Shown: positions 1 to 12,701, numbered from the stretch's first letter. The stretch is DNA of 64,000 nt from an uncultured Planctomycetota bacterium (GCA_963845755.1 CAWJTV010000019.1:192001-256000); one strand, 5' to 3'. A program made the numbers and translations. Notes: a model not told the origin generated them from the sequence alone.

Positions 1-12
1 CCCACCGGTTCA

Positions 13-318
13 TCATCGTCCACGGGGACCCTCCGAGCCACCGGGATCATCGTCGGCCAGCCGTTCGCGCAACGGCCGCTCGGCGACCCGCTGACCCCCT
101 CGGCTCCCGGTCGAGCCGCGATCGTCGTCATCCAGCAGCTCGGCCAGCGGAATGCTCTCGATGGCCTCACCGGGACCGTCGGCGACCGGTCCGTTCTCGG
201 CGGGGCGGTACGGGAACTGTTTGCCGCAGTGCTTACAGGTGACCTTGGCACCCGCTGGTACGACTTTAGCCGTCCTTGCAGCGTTCCCGCAGTGCGGGCA
301 TTGCAAGATTGTCGCCAT
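13..318 (-). CDS. Zinc-ribbon (2x CxxC) domain protein, possibly continuing past the window edge through a frameshift
   Basis: MATILQCPHCGN...VTCKHCGKQF followed by an acidic low-complexity linker; ATG at 318. Confidence 0.6.
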   Translation of the reverse strand: MATILQCPHCGNAARTAKVVPAGAKVTCKHCGKQFPYRPAENGPVADGPGEAIESIPLAELLDDDDRGSTGSRGGQRVAERPLRERLADDDPGGSEGPRGR

Positions 319-694
319 CGTTGGGATCCTTGTGATGATCAACCTTTCGTTGAGACCTGGGCGAACGGTCTTCGACGTTGACCTGCATGCGAGCGGTCTC
401 ACAAACGATCACCAGGACCGCCTGGGACCCGAATCGGAATCTCCCGGGATCGGTCGAGGTGCGGGACATTCGGCCTGGCGGTACGCATATCGCCCGAGCC
501 GCCCCGCTCGTCGCGTTGAGTTTTTCCAACACCGGAATCCGCAGCACATCGTGCGTCCATCGACCCCATCAGCGACCAGGCGGATCTTCCTGAACGGATG
601 TCGATAGATCCGACACACGATTCCTGGTTCCACGAGCGTCATGCCCTGTGGAGTCAGTGATCGAGAACCGGCCCGCGAACGGCATCCGGTCTTT

Positions 695-754
695 GTCGGG
701 TGGGTGAAACCCACCGAGATCGGGGCCATTCCTGGTGGGTTTCACCCACCCTAC
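695..754. repeat. GTAG-type REP doublet (REPIN-like)
   Basis: GTCGGGTGGGTGAAACCCACC (695-715) and its inverted copy GGTGGGTTTCACCCACCCTAC (734-754, GTAG on the minus strand). Confidence 0.8.
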
Positions 755-893
755 CGGATTCTCAGGCAAACCCCTGAACGCCAACGTAGTCACCATCAAT
801 GGTATTGCCAAATGGCTCAAAACGCAAGCCAGAATCGGTTGAGGAAGGCCTCCGCAAGTTGCACGCATTACGGCACTCACGAAATCGATCTCA

Positions 894-1149
894 GAGTCTG
901 TTCCCTAAGTCCCCTCCTGAGCCCCCGGATGGGGGCGGAAGCACGTAGCCAGGGGCGTGAGCCCCTGGACGAGGGGAGTTCCTCCGATCCGGGAAGCCCC
1001 GGAGGGGCGACAGAAAGCCTGTGGCTCTGGGGACTTCTGTCGCCCCTCCCGGGGCTCGAACGACGGTTGAGGGGGTCGCGGTCGATCATCCAGGGGCTCA
1101 CGCCCCTGGCTACGTCCGGTCGCCCCTCTGGGGCTTTGGGAACAGACTC
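894..1149. mobile_element. MITE copy 1 (IS5-like TIRs, REP-like palindromic interior)
   Basis: TIR GAGTCTGTTCC...GGAACAGACTC, with TCA duplicated at 891-893 and 1150-1152; near-identical copy at 2815-3069. Confidence 0.85.
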
Positions 1150-1373
1150 TCAACGAAAAACGCCCGGCGGAAGTCCCTCAATGGGACTTTCCCGGGCGTC
1201 GTCCAGACCACTCGCCAACCGCGCGACGCGAAACGCCGGCTTGACCGTTTCGTTTCGATCAAGTCCGGCGCAGCCACACTCTCATCAAACACTCACACTC
1301 TCGTCCATTCGCGACCGACCGATCCGATCGGCAAGGACCGCTCGGATCGGCCGCCCGATGGAGATTGCTCAGC

Positions 1374-2674
1374 TCACGGCACGAAGGCGTCTTGCGAGAG
1401 CGGCATCTGCTTGCAGTACAGCGGCAGCCGGCTGCCGGCGGGCGTGATCAGCTTCGAGTAGACGGTGCCGTCGATCGTGTTGGGGGTGAACCGCACGGCG
1501 CCGTCGCAGAACATCATGTTGCTGCCGCCAGGATGGCCGCTGTTGGTGAACGGGAACGAGCCCTCGATCGTCAGGCCGGCTTGCTGGGCGAAGTTGATGT
1601 TCTCGAAGGTGCCGACCTTGTTCGTGAAGGACCAGCCCACTCCGTCGAGGTCGCCGGAGACCGTACCGGCGCCGAGCTGACGCTCGCCGGGGCCAGTGTG
1701 CCCGACGTACAGTTGTAGGTGGCCGTTGCGCAGATCGCAGACGAGCCGATGAACATGCTCAGGGTCGGCTGCGGTGCGGACCAGTTCCCCTCCAGAGTGC
1801 CGGTGAATGCACTCGGATTGGCGACGCCGGTCAGCGTGTTCTCGCTCATCAGGAGCGTGCTGCTCGAACCGTCGGAGAGGCTCGTCAGGGTCGACCGCAC
1901 GTTCCAGGGGATCTTGACCTGCACGCCTTGCGGGAACGTCGAATTCAGGAACATCACGCCGAGCTTCTGGGTCACACCCATGGTGCTGAGGTAATTCGCG
2001 GGCGCGCTACCCGGCGCCCAGGTCATGATCTGGGGGGTCTGCCCGCCGTCGATCTGCGAGCCGATCAAGCTGTAGGGGATGGCATGCCACAGTGTGAACC
2101 CGCCGTTGACCGCATAGCTCATGTTCCCCTGGTTGGGCTGGGCCGTGACGTCATCCGGGCACTTCAAGACGCCGATGGCCGTGTTGCCGATCGTGTAATT
2201 GCTCGCCTGGCCGGCGATGTAGTTCGTCGGGTCGTAATAGCTCACCGCTCCGTTCCCGGTCGACGAGGTGGTCGGCGGGAACATCGTCCACTGGTTGAAC
2301 ATGTCCTGGGCTTCCATGTAGGGAAGGATCGGGACGACCCAGCTATACATGGGAACCGCGGTCTGTCTTGGGGTGCCGCCGGGCATGAAGCCGTTGATGA
2401 CCGACTGGCTCGGATCGATCGTGCCGGAGGTCAACGAGGTCAGGGTCGTGGCGTCCTCGCAGAACTCACCGGCCGGGGGGAAGGCATTCTGGCTGTTGAC
2501 GTACTGGAGGATGGCCAGGCCAACGTTGCGCATGTTACTGGCGCACTGGGTGCGCCGGCCCGCCTCGCGGGCGGACTGGACGGCGGGCAACAAGAGGCCG
2601 ACGAGGATGCCGATGATGCTGATCACCACCAGCAGCTCGATCAGCGTGAAACCGCGGCGACGGCGAGTCTTCAT
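1374..2674 (-). CDS. DUF1559 (SBP_bac_10) prepilin-type protein with H-X9-DG motif; frameshift near 1650-1690
   Basis: [65 protein letters not shown]-terminal [18 protein letters not shown] in ORF 1374..1640. Confidence 0.9.
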
Positions 2675-2814
2675 GAGTGGTCCTTTCCGAGAATGAGAGT
2701 GGGCTGAACTTAATTCTAACTCCGGACTGGGGGCTTCGACAAGGTTCTTGGTCAGTGAGTAGTCGTCAGTAGTCAGTTGTCATTTGTCAGGAACCGCGCC
2801 TCATCCGGTCTTGA

Positions 2815-3069
2815 GAGTCTGTTCCATAAGTCCTTTCCTGAGCCCCCGGATGGGGGCGGAAGCACGTAGCCAGGGGCGTGAGCCCCTGGACGAGGGGAGT
2901 TCCTCCGATCCGGGAAGCCCCGTAGGGGCGACAGAAACCCTGTGGTTCTGAGGACGTCTGTCGCCCCTCCGGGGCTCGAAGGACGGTCGAGGGGGTCGCG
3001 GTCGATCGTCCAGGGGCTTGCGCCCCTGGCGACGTCCGGTCGCCCCTCTGGGGCTTTGGGAACGGACTC
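2815..3069. mobile_element. MITE copy 2
   Basis: GAGTCTGTTCC...GGAACGGACTC with TGA duplicated at 2812-2814 and 3070-3072; interior co-linear with 894-1149. Confidence 0.85.
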
Positions 3070-3111
3070 TGAACACTGAAAACTGAACACTGAAAACCAG
3101 GAGCGAAGCGA

Positions 3112-6100
3112 CTACTGAATGATCTTGCGATACAGGACCGCCGCGCGGAACCCGCCGACGTCGTTGTAGTTGAAGCCGGTGAGCTTGAGCCGGTCCACGA
3201 TGAAGAAGCCGCGATAGCGGACCTGGGTGCCGCTCAACTTGCCGACCTCGGGGCCCATGATGTCGTACGCGAGCTGGGGCAACCCCTGGCCGAGCATGCC
3301 GATGTCCCCCTGCTTCTTGATCTCGAAGAACCCGATCGTGATCCAGACCGCGTACTGGTGGGTCCGGACCGTGGTCAGGTTCATCGCCGCCTGCATCATC
3401 TCCGACCGCCAGTACGGATGCTGCCGGTCATCGGGATTCACGCCAGCAGCACCACCGGTGCCGAGGTAGGGTTTGTTCGACGCTGGCGTGCCTGTGTTCG
3501 AGTAGCCGTTGTAGAACGTCAGAGTTGCCCGGTACGAAGGGCGCGGCAATGACTGTAGGGGGGATAAGGCGAGCGAGACCGGTGGTAGCGTCGCCCGTCG
3601 GCGTCAGCATCGGAGGCAGGCCGGCGGCGTTGGGGTAGTAAACCCCGCCGCCAGAATTAGTCATGCCGCCACCCGAAGTCGGTCGGGAACCATGACCACG
3701 GGAGGCTCGTGAACCCGTTGCTGAGCGTGTACATCGGCACCGCTCGGGAGGTTAGTCGGTGATTGTACGGGTTGTACCCCTGGTTGGCGACGATGTTATT
3801 GATCCAGGGATCGCCGGAGTCGGTGGCGTTGCTCAGGGCCGGCGGGATGTTGCCGTTGGCGATGAGGCCGGTGGGGTCGGGGATGCCGACGTACCCCATC
3901 GGGTTAATTGACGTAGGGGTAGCCCTCGAAGTGGCGTCCGGCTGGACCTGCCCCGCGCCAAAGGCGTCCGGCGGCTGGAACAACCGGGCCGGCGGGATGG
4001 CCGGGGGCATCGCCACGTGCCGTCCAGGCCGATGGTGGTTGTCCCGGTCGGCCATGCGATGTTCACCGGCAGTGGGAGACCCGCGGGCACGGTGTTGGTG
4101 GAATCGGTGGTCAATCCCGGCGGTCCAGACCGGATAGGGGCGGGCGTGAAAGACCACACAGGACGGAGGGGTCGACGGTCGTGTAAAGGTTGGGGTCGCT
4201 CGACGCATACCCCTGCGAGAGGAACGGGTTCCTCACGCCCGGATCTCCCGAGTAGACGACCGGCATGGACCGGCGATTGCGGGAAGATCGGGCCTTCGCC
4301 GTCGTATCCGGCGGAGCCTGGCGTGATGTAAGGTGCGTAGTAGTTCGGCTGCGGGCCGAGCATCGCATTGAGGTAGTTATTATTGAGGAAGTACCAGCTC
4401 GAGGGTGCGGTTGGCCGGGGTATAGATCATCGCCTGGGCGTTGGTCACGGTCGCGAGCAGCTGGGGTACGGCGGCTATTGGGGTTCGGTGATCATCGCCG
4501 GGTTGCTGTAAATCGACGGCGGCTGTGCGGCGGGCCGCATGATCGTGTAGTTGATGTCCGGGAACGAGAGCGAGCGGAACGGGAACTCGGCCGGGATCGG
4601 CCCCGTGTAGCCGATGGTCGACGACAGGTTCGGCGTCGCCACGGCACTGTTCTGTCCCGTCGCGCCGACCCCGTACCCGAACAGGTAGCCGGACCCGCCA
4701 TGACGCTGCCAGAGGAACTGCGCGAACGCCGCCTTGATCCGGTTGCCGGGGCTGGGCAGTAAGCACCGGCGTTGCCGTTAATCGCGATGATTCGACTTGA
4801 ACGCCGATGGGATCCTGGGCCAGATACCCCTGCTGGACGGAAGTTCTGGTCGGTGATCGGATACACGTAGTTCGGCGCGCCGGTCGGCTGGATCGCGCTG
4901 ACGACCAGCGGGACCGGCGGCCCGCCGAGCGGGATCGGCGGGAGTGGCACCGTGCCGCCATTGGTCCAGGTGGACAGGGGCATCGTGTAGGGCAACCACG
5001 TCGTGGCGTTGCTGTTGGGCCCGGCCAGCAATGGCAGCTCGATCGAGTTTAACAGGGTCTGGCTATAATCCGATGATCGTCTGACGCCCGAACACGGCGA
5101 AGAACGCTTCCTCGTCGATGATGAGGTTGAGGTTCATCAGGCCCGGCTTGGTATCCTGCCGCGCCCAGTCGAAGTTCATCCCACCGGCGACCGTGCCGAT
5201 CGAGCCGTTCATCTGGCTGGGCACCTCGAAGAACTCGAGCATCTTGAACCAGCCGTCGCTGGCCGGGCCGCCCACGACGGGGGCGGCGATGTTCACGCTG
5301 TGCCCGAGGCCGACGCGCTGGGACGGGTCCGTGGCGCCGGGACCGCGAGCCAGCGCCGCCAACGTCCCGGTCGTCGAATCTTCGGCGGCACCAGCGGCGG
5401 GATAGAGGAACGTCGACGCCCCCGTGTAGAAGAACTTGTCCACCAGGTAGGGGTAGCTATGGGGCTGGATGGGCGCCGTGACAGGGCCGGCTGGGTCGGT
5501 GGAAGGGGTCACTGGTCGGGACCGACGCCGGAACCGACGCCGGGGGGGTGCCCGTCGGGCTGCCCCCCAGCGAGCTGGCGGCGGTGAGCTTCGAGACCGA
5601 CAGGAACGGCACGGTCGCCGTGGCGAAGGGCACGACCGGGGGTGCTGTAGGCGCGGTGCGCGGTGGTCGTCAGTCGTGGGCCCGTTGGTGTGAGGTCGGC
5701 GTCACGTCCGGCGTGACCAGGCTGAAGATATCGGCCGCGTTCATCTGCGACGGCGCGAACTCGACGAACTGCTTGGTGAACAGCCCCGGCGGGCAGCCGG
5801 GAACCAGCGTCACCTCGGCCACGCTGGTGAAGTCCCGATCGTTGAACACGAAGTAATCCCAGTTCTCGGCCGCGTCGTTGTTGAATCCCAGAGTGTGGTA
5901 ATAGTAGTTGGTCGACGCGTTCCCTGACGGCTCCGAAATTGGCGTAGCCCGTAGGCGGTCGCTTGAGCTGTAATGCTGTGGGGACGCCGATCTGTTCGCT
6001 GTAGCCGTATCGCGGGTCTGGGGGCTGAGTGGTCGTGATGGCTCCCTGAGCGTTGGCCGTCGGGGACGCTGTGGCGTTCGGCATCGGCACGGCGTGTCCG

Positions 6101-9100
6101 CCGCGATACGGCTGGAGCCGCTGGGCCGAGTAGATCGTGTTGGGCTTGGAGCCGGCGCCACATACAGGACGCCGCCGGTCAACGTCCAGGCCGTGTCCTG
6201 CGTTGGCCCGTCCCATCGATGTAAGGAAACCGCATGGAGTTGACCACGCACATCGGGTTGGTCGCGGACACCGGCGCGAACGGATTGGCGGGGCGCCGCA
6301 GGCAGACCCACAAGAACTCGGCGGACCCGATCGCTGGGGCCCCGGTGCTACCGATGAGACCGGGAGATTCCATTGAAGATTGCTGATTCCGCTCAACGTC
6401 GTGTCGGTGGATCGGCGCCGGGAGAATCCCGAAGTGATAGGAGGTTGCGGTCGCTGCCGAAGGGGGGAGGGGAGCCGGTGGCTCTCATCGGGTCGTAGGT
6501 GGATGACAGCAGTTGCGTGACGGGGAGGGTATGGAGCGGCGAGTGGGGGTCCAGGACTCGTTGGCGGCGATGTACGGACTGCCGATGACGTAGAAGTAGG
6601 TCGTCGGTGGGGTGGGCGGGGTCGCCGCGCTCGGAGGGTTCGGGCTCGGCGTCGTGAATGGGTAGCTGGTCACGCTGCGTGTCGCTGGGACTGAGAGGGA
6701 GCAGGGTGACGTCGCCCTCGTTCGGCGCCGTTCGGTGTTCGGCCCTCCGAACGAGTCCCGGTTCAGGGGGAGCAGGCCGTAATAGGTGGCCTGCGGAACC
6801 GAGGGGTGGCACCTCGCCACGGTAAGGATCCGGACGGCCCGCGGGGGTATCGGCCAGGAAGACCAGGTCCCAGGTGCCGCCGGAGTAGGGATCGCTCGGG
6901 GTATAAGTCGAAGCCGCCCAGGTCGAGGACGCTGGCCTGGTAGGGCGGGGTCGTGGGGCCTGGAATGTTGCCGCCCGTGGCGGGGCCCGTGACGGGAGGA
7001 CTCTCTGGGAGAGGCCCGTAGCCGTAGTAATTGTGGGGGTCGGTCGGAGTGCCGTAGTCATACGTCGGGTTGTAGGCCGCGGTCAGCGTGTTGACCAGCT
7101 CGATGAAGAAGCGGTTGGTGTACTTGGCCGTGCTGGTGTGCCGATGCCGGTCCGGCTCTGGAAGCCGTAGGCCAGCACTTCGTTGATCGCGACCGGGTTG
7201 TACTCCATGCCGTACTGGTCGAGGAGGCCGCCAGGGGTTCCGGCAGGGGACAAGGGACGCCAGGTTGAGCGTCGGGTAAGCCAGGGCGTTGGTACTGGGC
7301 GTCATCCAGACGTCCGGGTTGACCCAGTGGGTCATGGTGGCATCCGGGTCGCGGAAGTCGATGATGTTGATGACGAACTGGCTGAGCTGCGCCCGTTCCT
7401 CGGCCGTGTCGATCGAGTCCGGCGGCAGGATCCATTTCAGGATCTGATAGGTGTCGCTGATCCACTTCTGCCGGATCGGCTCGTTGCAGTCGTTGGAGAC
7501 CGGCAGCGGGTAGTTCAGGTTGATCTTCCGATCGCGGTGGGCCAGCGACGGGGTATAGGTCCCAGCAACCTGCGTGCTGGCATTCACGCCCACGGCGAAC
7601 CGGCTGTTGTACTGGAAGGTATTGCCGGGGTTATCGTTGGACCAGGCGAAGCCGTTCGACTCCCAGCTATCGGTGCTGAAGAGCCGGCGCCGCCGCAGAC
7701 CGTCGATCGTGTTGGTGAAGCTGATCGGCGCGAGCTGGGACAACCGGCTGGTCAACGTCGCCCCATCCACGTCCTGCTGCCGGTACAGCCACTCCAGGTC
7801 GCTGATGCCGAACGGCGAGTCGAGTATCGGGTTCGGCGAGTAGAGGTTCATCTCGTCGGCCTCGTTCATGGCGTCCGAACTGCGTCTTGCGGCTGACGTG
7901 CGAATCGTAGGTCGGGAAGGAAGTAGGGCGCGGTGGGGGGCGTGTAGGCAGGAGGGCCGGGCGGCGGACTCGCGCCGACCATTTCCCCGACGGTCAGCGT
8001 GTTTTGATCGATGGGCATGGCGGCGACGCCGCTGGGTAGATGGTGGTCGTGTAGCTGAACGCCGTGCCGGCGAACTGGAACTGGTTGGGGAATTTGTATC
8101 GACTCGTAGCCGTGGAACGGGTTATTCGTCACGTCGGGCTCGTAGATGACGGTGGCCGTGGGCGCGGGTGGATACGAGGTAAAATCGGCGGTCCACGGTA
8201 TCGGAACGCCGGGGTCCATCGGCGGGCTCGCCTGGTTGTTCTGCCACCAGTCTCCGAAGCCGGCCGGGGTGCCCGTCCCGGGGATGGTCATCGTCATCGG
8301 GTTGTAGGGCGCGATGGCACCATAGGGGAAACTCGTGGTGTCCGACGACGTGATGTTGATCGGGCCCGGTACGCCCGGGGGGCGGTAGTAGCTGTTGAAC
8401 GCAACGCGGCCGAAGACGTCGGAGCCCCGGCTCGTGCCCACGGCTCCCGGTACCGTTGATATCGGCCGGCGTCACGTACCGCCGCATCCGCTCGACCGGC
8501 AGCATCAGCGCGCCGGCAGGGTCGTAGTAGTCGAGGTCGAAGATCTCGCCGAAGCGAGTCGCAGGGCCGCCGACTGGGGGGAAAGATGTCGAACGCGTTG
8601 TCGTTATCGTCGGCCCCGTCGCGGGGGAACGGCGTGGTGCCGTTGTAGGTCAGGTTGGCGATCAGGTCGGCGATGTCGAACGAATACCCGGCCCGGACCG
8701 GATTGATATAGTTGGTCTGCAACAGGTTGGCAACCGGCGGGGTCCCTGTGGGACTGGGATTGTTGAACGGCTGGCCGGGGACGGATGCGGCCTCGCCCCA
8801 CCGCCCGCCGACCGGCGCGGTGCGTGCGCTGGACCAGCATGGCCCCGCTGGGGTCCGTGAAGCCCCCGGGGTTGGCGATATCGGCGAGATCCGCGATCCC
8901 ATTGGGCAGGTAATAGGGATTGCCACTGGCGAGGCCCGACCATGCCCCGTAGACGATGTTGTCGTCGCCGTTGATCGTGCCCGTGGAGTCGGTGGTGAAG
9001 GGGTTCGACGTGCTGGGGTTGAGCTGCGGCCGCGTGCCGGCCAGCAGGTTGCGGAGCTGAATCAGTCGGACGTCGATCGATTTATAGAAGCCAGACACCT

Positions 9101-10864
9101 GGTTGATCGCGTTATCCGCCTGGGTGTTGAAAGTGCCGTGGTCGGAGAACCCCAGTAGGTGGTCGCCGGTACCGAGGGGATAGGTGGCTGGGGGTGGCGA
9201 TGCCATTCCCAAATTGGTTGAACGGATCGACGTCGCTTCCGTAACTGATAAGCATTCTGAAGCGCGTACTGCGGGTCGATCTCGCTGACCGAGTTGCCCA
9301 GGTGCTGGGCCTGAGCCGCGAGTGCGCTGACGGTGGCTGGGTCCCGGCCCGCGAGGTTGCCGGCCGTGTTGAGCGGGATGCGGCCGTTGAGGCCGATGAC
9401 CATGAAGGCGAACAGCGGCTTGTTGAGCTGCCCGCGCGTGTCGCGGCGGGCGGGATAGCCCAGGTCGAGCCAGACCGAGTCGGTGATCCCGTCGCCGTCG
9501 TTGTCCACATCGTAGGCGATCTTCCCCGTGTTCGCGTCGGGGATCAGGTCCGGGAACGTGTTCGCGTCGTGGCCGTCGGCCGCGACCGGCCGGAGGATGC
9601 GGCCCAGCGAGTCATAATTCGGGATCCCGAACAGGCCATTCGGGAACCGGAAGGCCTGACTCCAATCGAGCGGATTATTCGTCTTCTGGCCCGTGGGACC
9701 GTTGTAGCGGAGGATCCCCGGCCGGTGGAACGACGGGATCATCACCTGGCCGTCGGCGCTCTGGATCGCCAGGAACCAGTTCTCCAGGTCGCAGGCGTCG
9801 TAATCCTCGTCCATGCCCACGGTGTTCGGCCCGGGGACGTTGAGCGCGAGGTTATAGCGGAAGTTGCCGTAGTAAGAGTAGGGCAGCCCGGTCACAGTCG
9901 AGAAGCTGTTTCCCTGCCCCGGACCGTTGAACGCGTGCAGCCAGCGGCCGTCGAGCGTGAACGGGTAATTGGCGGGGCCGGCGCCGGAGTAGTACGGGAT
10001 GCTCGGATACGCCCCATTCCCGCTCAACTGCAACATGGCCTGTTGCGTCGGGACGTACGCCAGCGGCAGGGTATTCGTGTTCGACCCGGGCTGGTTCCAG
10101 CCCGGGAACAGCGGCGGTGGCGTGGTCGCGCCACTCGGGTTCCAGCTCGTGAATCCGAGCGTCGGATTATTCAGGACCGCTTGGTTCTTATAGGTATTGC
10201 CCATCGTCGTCAACGAGGGTGAGTGGCGAGTCGATCGGGCTGAGCCGGAAGGCGTGGAAGCCCTGGCCCCCGTACGTCGTCCCGGCCCCGGCCGGCGCGA
10301 AATCGTTGACGATGACCTCCAACGACTGGCTCACCGCCTGGGGATACGTGGTTGTGCTCGTCGTCGGCGTGGGCCCGATGTACGACATCCGGACGATCCA
10401 GCGGGTGAAGTTGTAGCCATACAGCAGCGGGGAGTTCGCGGGGATCGGAATATTCGTCAGCACGTCGTAATACGTGACTCCGTTGATAACGACCGGAGCG
10501 ATCAACAACGCGCCCGTCAGCGGGTTGGCCTGGAGCTGCAAGGTGCCATTGGTCGCCGGGTTGTACGTCAGGTAGCCGTTCCGGAACGCGTCGTTGCCGT
10601 ACATGTCGCGGGCGAGGCTGTGGCCGTGGAGCACCGAACGGGGGTCGTTCGTGTCGGTGATCAACTGCGAGAGGGCGAAGTCCATCAGCTCGTCGTCCTG
10701 CGGCTGGATGACCGACTGCGCGAAGTTGGCGCGTTGATCTTCGACTGGCCGCTGAAGGTGGCGAAGGTGACCCCGATCAGGGCCAGCAGGCCGAGCATCG
10801 CCAGGACCAGGACCAGGACGATCCCGCGCCGCGCCCGCTTGTGATGTCGTAGATTGGCCAGCAT
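3112..10864 (-). CDS. Giant PilX/GspK-like minor pilin (~2,600 codons), broken by many frameshifts
   Basis: RBS GAGGGAG, then MLANLRHHKRARRG|IVLVLVLAMLGLLALIGVTFATF (no E5, PilX-like); consecutive same-strand coding fragments (10188..10685, 9062..10213, 6763..7869, 5063..5512, 3112..3549) ending TVRTHQYAVWITIGFFE...RGFFIVDR...RKIIQ. Confidence 0.7.
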
Positions 10865-11020
10865 GAGACGAGTCTCCCTCTATTTCAGTTCCTCGCGATT
10901 GCGACAGCCCACCAGAATCGGGCCCGCGCTGTGTCTTGATCGTGATTGGATCGCGTTTCGTACCGTAATTCGATGCTCTCCGAACATCCGTGGTTCCCGA
11001 TGTCTCTTGTCAGGGTCATC

Positions 11021-11097
11021 GATTCGAGATTCCGGATTCGAGATTCGAGATTCCGGATTCGAGATTCGAGATTCCGGATTCGAGATTCCGGATTCAG
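11021..11097. repeat. Heptamer tandem array, 11 units (GATTCGA/GATTCCG)
   Basis: Read directly; reverse complement of the array at 11644-11846. Confidence 0.95.
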
Positions 11098-11617
11098 CCC
11101 GGCTTCCCATTTCCATTCCGAGACGAAATAGCCGTCCTGGCGGCCTCGTCCTGGATGGCCTGCAATTTCACGAGGCACTCATCCCGACGTTTCACGGCTT
11201 GAGTTCGTTCTCGCGCCTGGGAATTCTGCGACCGCACACCTTGAAAACCCGAATCCTTGATGGACTCGATCCAACCCCCGAGTTGTCTCGAGATGCTCTC
11301 CCCGCGGCGGAGGAGATCCTCAAGATCGCGGTGCAAATCCTCCGGTCGTGGAAGTCGTTCGAGAAGATGGAGCATCGACCGGACTTCCGCGCACGATCCT
11401 CGGGCGATGTAGAGGAAGTTCAGGAGCTCATTATTGGTTCCGCGATCGAATCCCTCGGCGATATTGTTCGAGATGGAGATGGTCGCCCGCTCGATCTGAA
11501 TCTTGAGATCGCCCAGAGCGTTCAACACGCCCGTCGCCGACAATCGGAAGACGGCAAGAGCCATTTCGATCACGTCGTTCCAGACGGGCAACTCTTTCGA
11601 ATCGCTTGTATTTCATG
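11094..11617 (-). CDS. Four-helix bundle protein (23S rRNA IVP / S23 / Avd-like family); one frameshift near 11595
   Basis: GAGG RBS, MKYKRFE-x-PVWNDVIEMALAVF...LKIQIERATISISNNIAEGFDRGTNNELLNFLYIARGSCAEVRSML. Confidence 0.9.
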
Positions 11618-11643
11618 GGAACTTCCTCAGGCGACTTCTTTGG

Positions 11644-11846
11644 GCATCTCGAATCCGGCATCTCGAATCCGGAATCTCAAATCTCGAATCTCAAATCTCG
11701 AATCCGGCATCTCGAATCCGGCATCTCGAATCTCGAATCCGGCATCTCGAATCTCGAATCCGGCATCTCGAATCCGGCATCTCGAATCTCGAATCCGGCA
11801 TCTCGAATCCGGAATCTCGAATCTCGAATCCGGAATCTCGAATTCA
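11644..11846. repeat. Heptamer tandem array, 29 units (GAATCTC/GAATCCG/GCATCTC/AAATCTC)
   Basis: Read directly; 7-bp phase kept across 203 bp. Confidence 0.95.
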
Positions 11847-11854
11847 GCCTTCCC

Positions 11855-12632
11855 TTACTCCCCTTCCCCGCGCCGAGGTGCGGCCCGGGCCAACCGTCGT
11901 GCCTTCTTCTTCATTTCCGCTCGGAGGCGCAGAGCCCAGGCCGATTCATCCCTCGTGTCTTCCTCGATCACCCAGCGTCGAACCTCCTCAGCCCGGACCG
12001 GTAAGAAACCGCTGGACGTCACGGTCGCATACGTCCCCTCTGGCGTGAGTCGTTCGATGGTGAGGGTGTCGCCATGGAGTCGCCAGACCTCGGCGACGCG
12101 GAGTGCGGCAGAGATCCCTGCACGGTCAACCTGGGGCCGGGACACATCGACCTCGATCGCCAGGTCGGGGTTGGGATACTCGGCAATATCGTCTGAATCG
12201 CGCTCTAGCGACGCGGCGTCCATGGCCAGTTTCTCGAGGAGGAAGTAGTAACATTGGTCGGACTGCAGACCACGCGCGATCTCGGGCCGTTTCCAGGTCG
12301 TGTCCGCCAGGCTGGAGTAGGGGATCGACAAGACCTGGGCGACCGCCTCGACGAACTGGCCCAATAACTTGTTGCGTTTTCCATGCCTCCGTCCTCTGGA
12401 CATGACCTCCAGGTCCCTCCCGTCGTAATCGACGTGGAGGTTGCTGCCTTCCGGAATCGAGTCCACCAGCTCCTCGTAGAAGGCCCAGTCCTTGTCATGG
12501 AACACCACGCGCTGCTCGGGGACGGCGGTCAACCACCGGAGGACTTCCAGGGGCGGCACGCCGCACAAGGGGCCCCGACAATTCGAGCGGGGCGGAAGCC
12601 GTCATCGGGATCAGGCTGGTCGCGGTGCTCAT
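11855..12632 (-). CDS. Uma2 family (DUF820) PD-(D/E)xK-fold protein; frameshift near 12570
   Basis: WAFYEEL...YDGRDLEVMS...H...GLQSDQCYY...PDLAIEVDVS...AALRVAEVW; GGAGG RBS before ATG 12632. Confidence 0.9.
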
Positions 12633-12701
12633 GGGATTCCCTCCAAACTTCCGCGTTGCTCGCCCGTCGAGGTGCGAGGCGCGGGACTCGTGGGCCCGCC
12701 T

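Noticed and set aside
760..850. c-di-GMP-I riboswitch (GGCAAAC...ACGCAAGCC)
   Set aside because: No GNRA-capped P2 or correctly spaced pairing could be built; an Infernal search with RF01051 would decide
11094..11617. Diversity-generating retroelement (Avd-like gene near pilins)
   Set aside because: No reverse transcriptase and no TR/VR pair with adenine-specific mismatches seen in the window
11644..11846. CRISPR array
   Set aside because: Contiguous 7-bp units with no unique spacers and no cas genes
10854..12248. 464-aa plus-strand ORF with SRISNP/RDSGFEI repeats
   Set aside because: Antisense to genuine genes; the repeats are translated heptamer arrays
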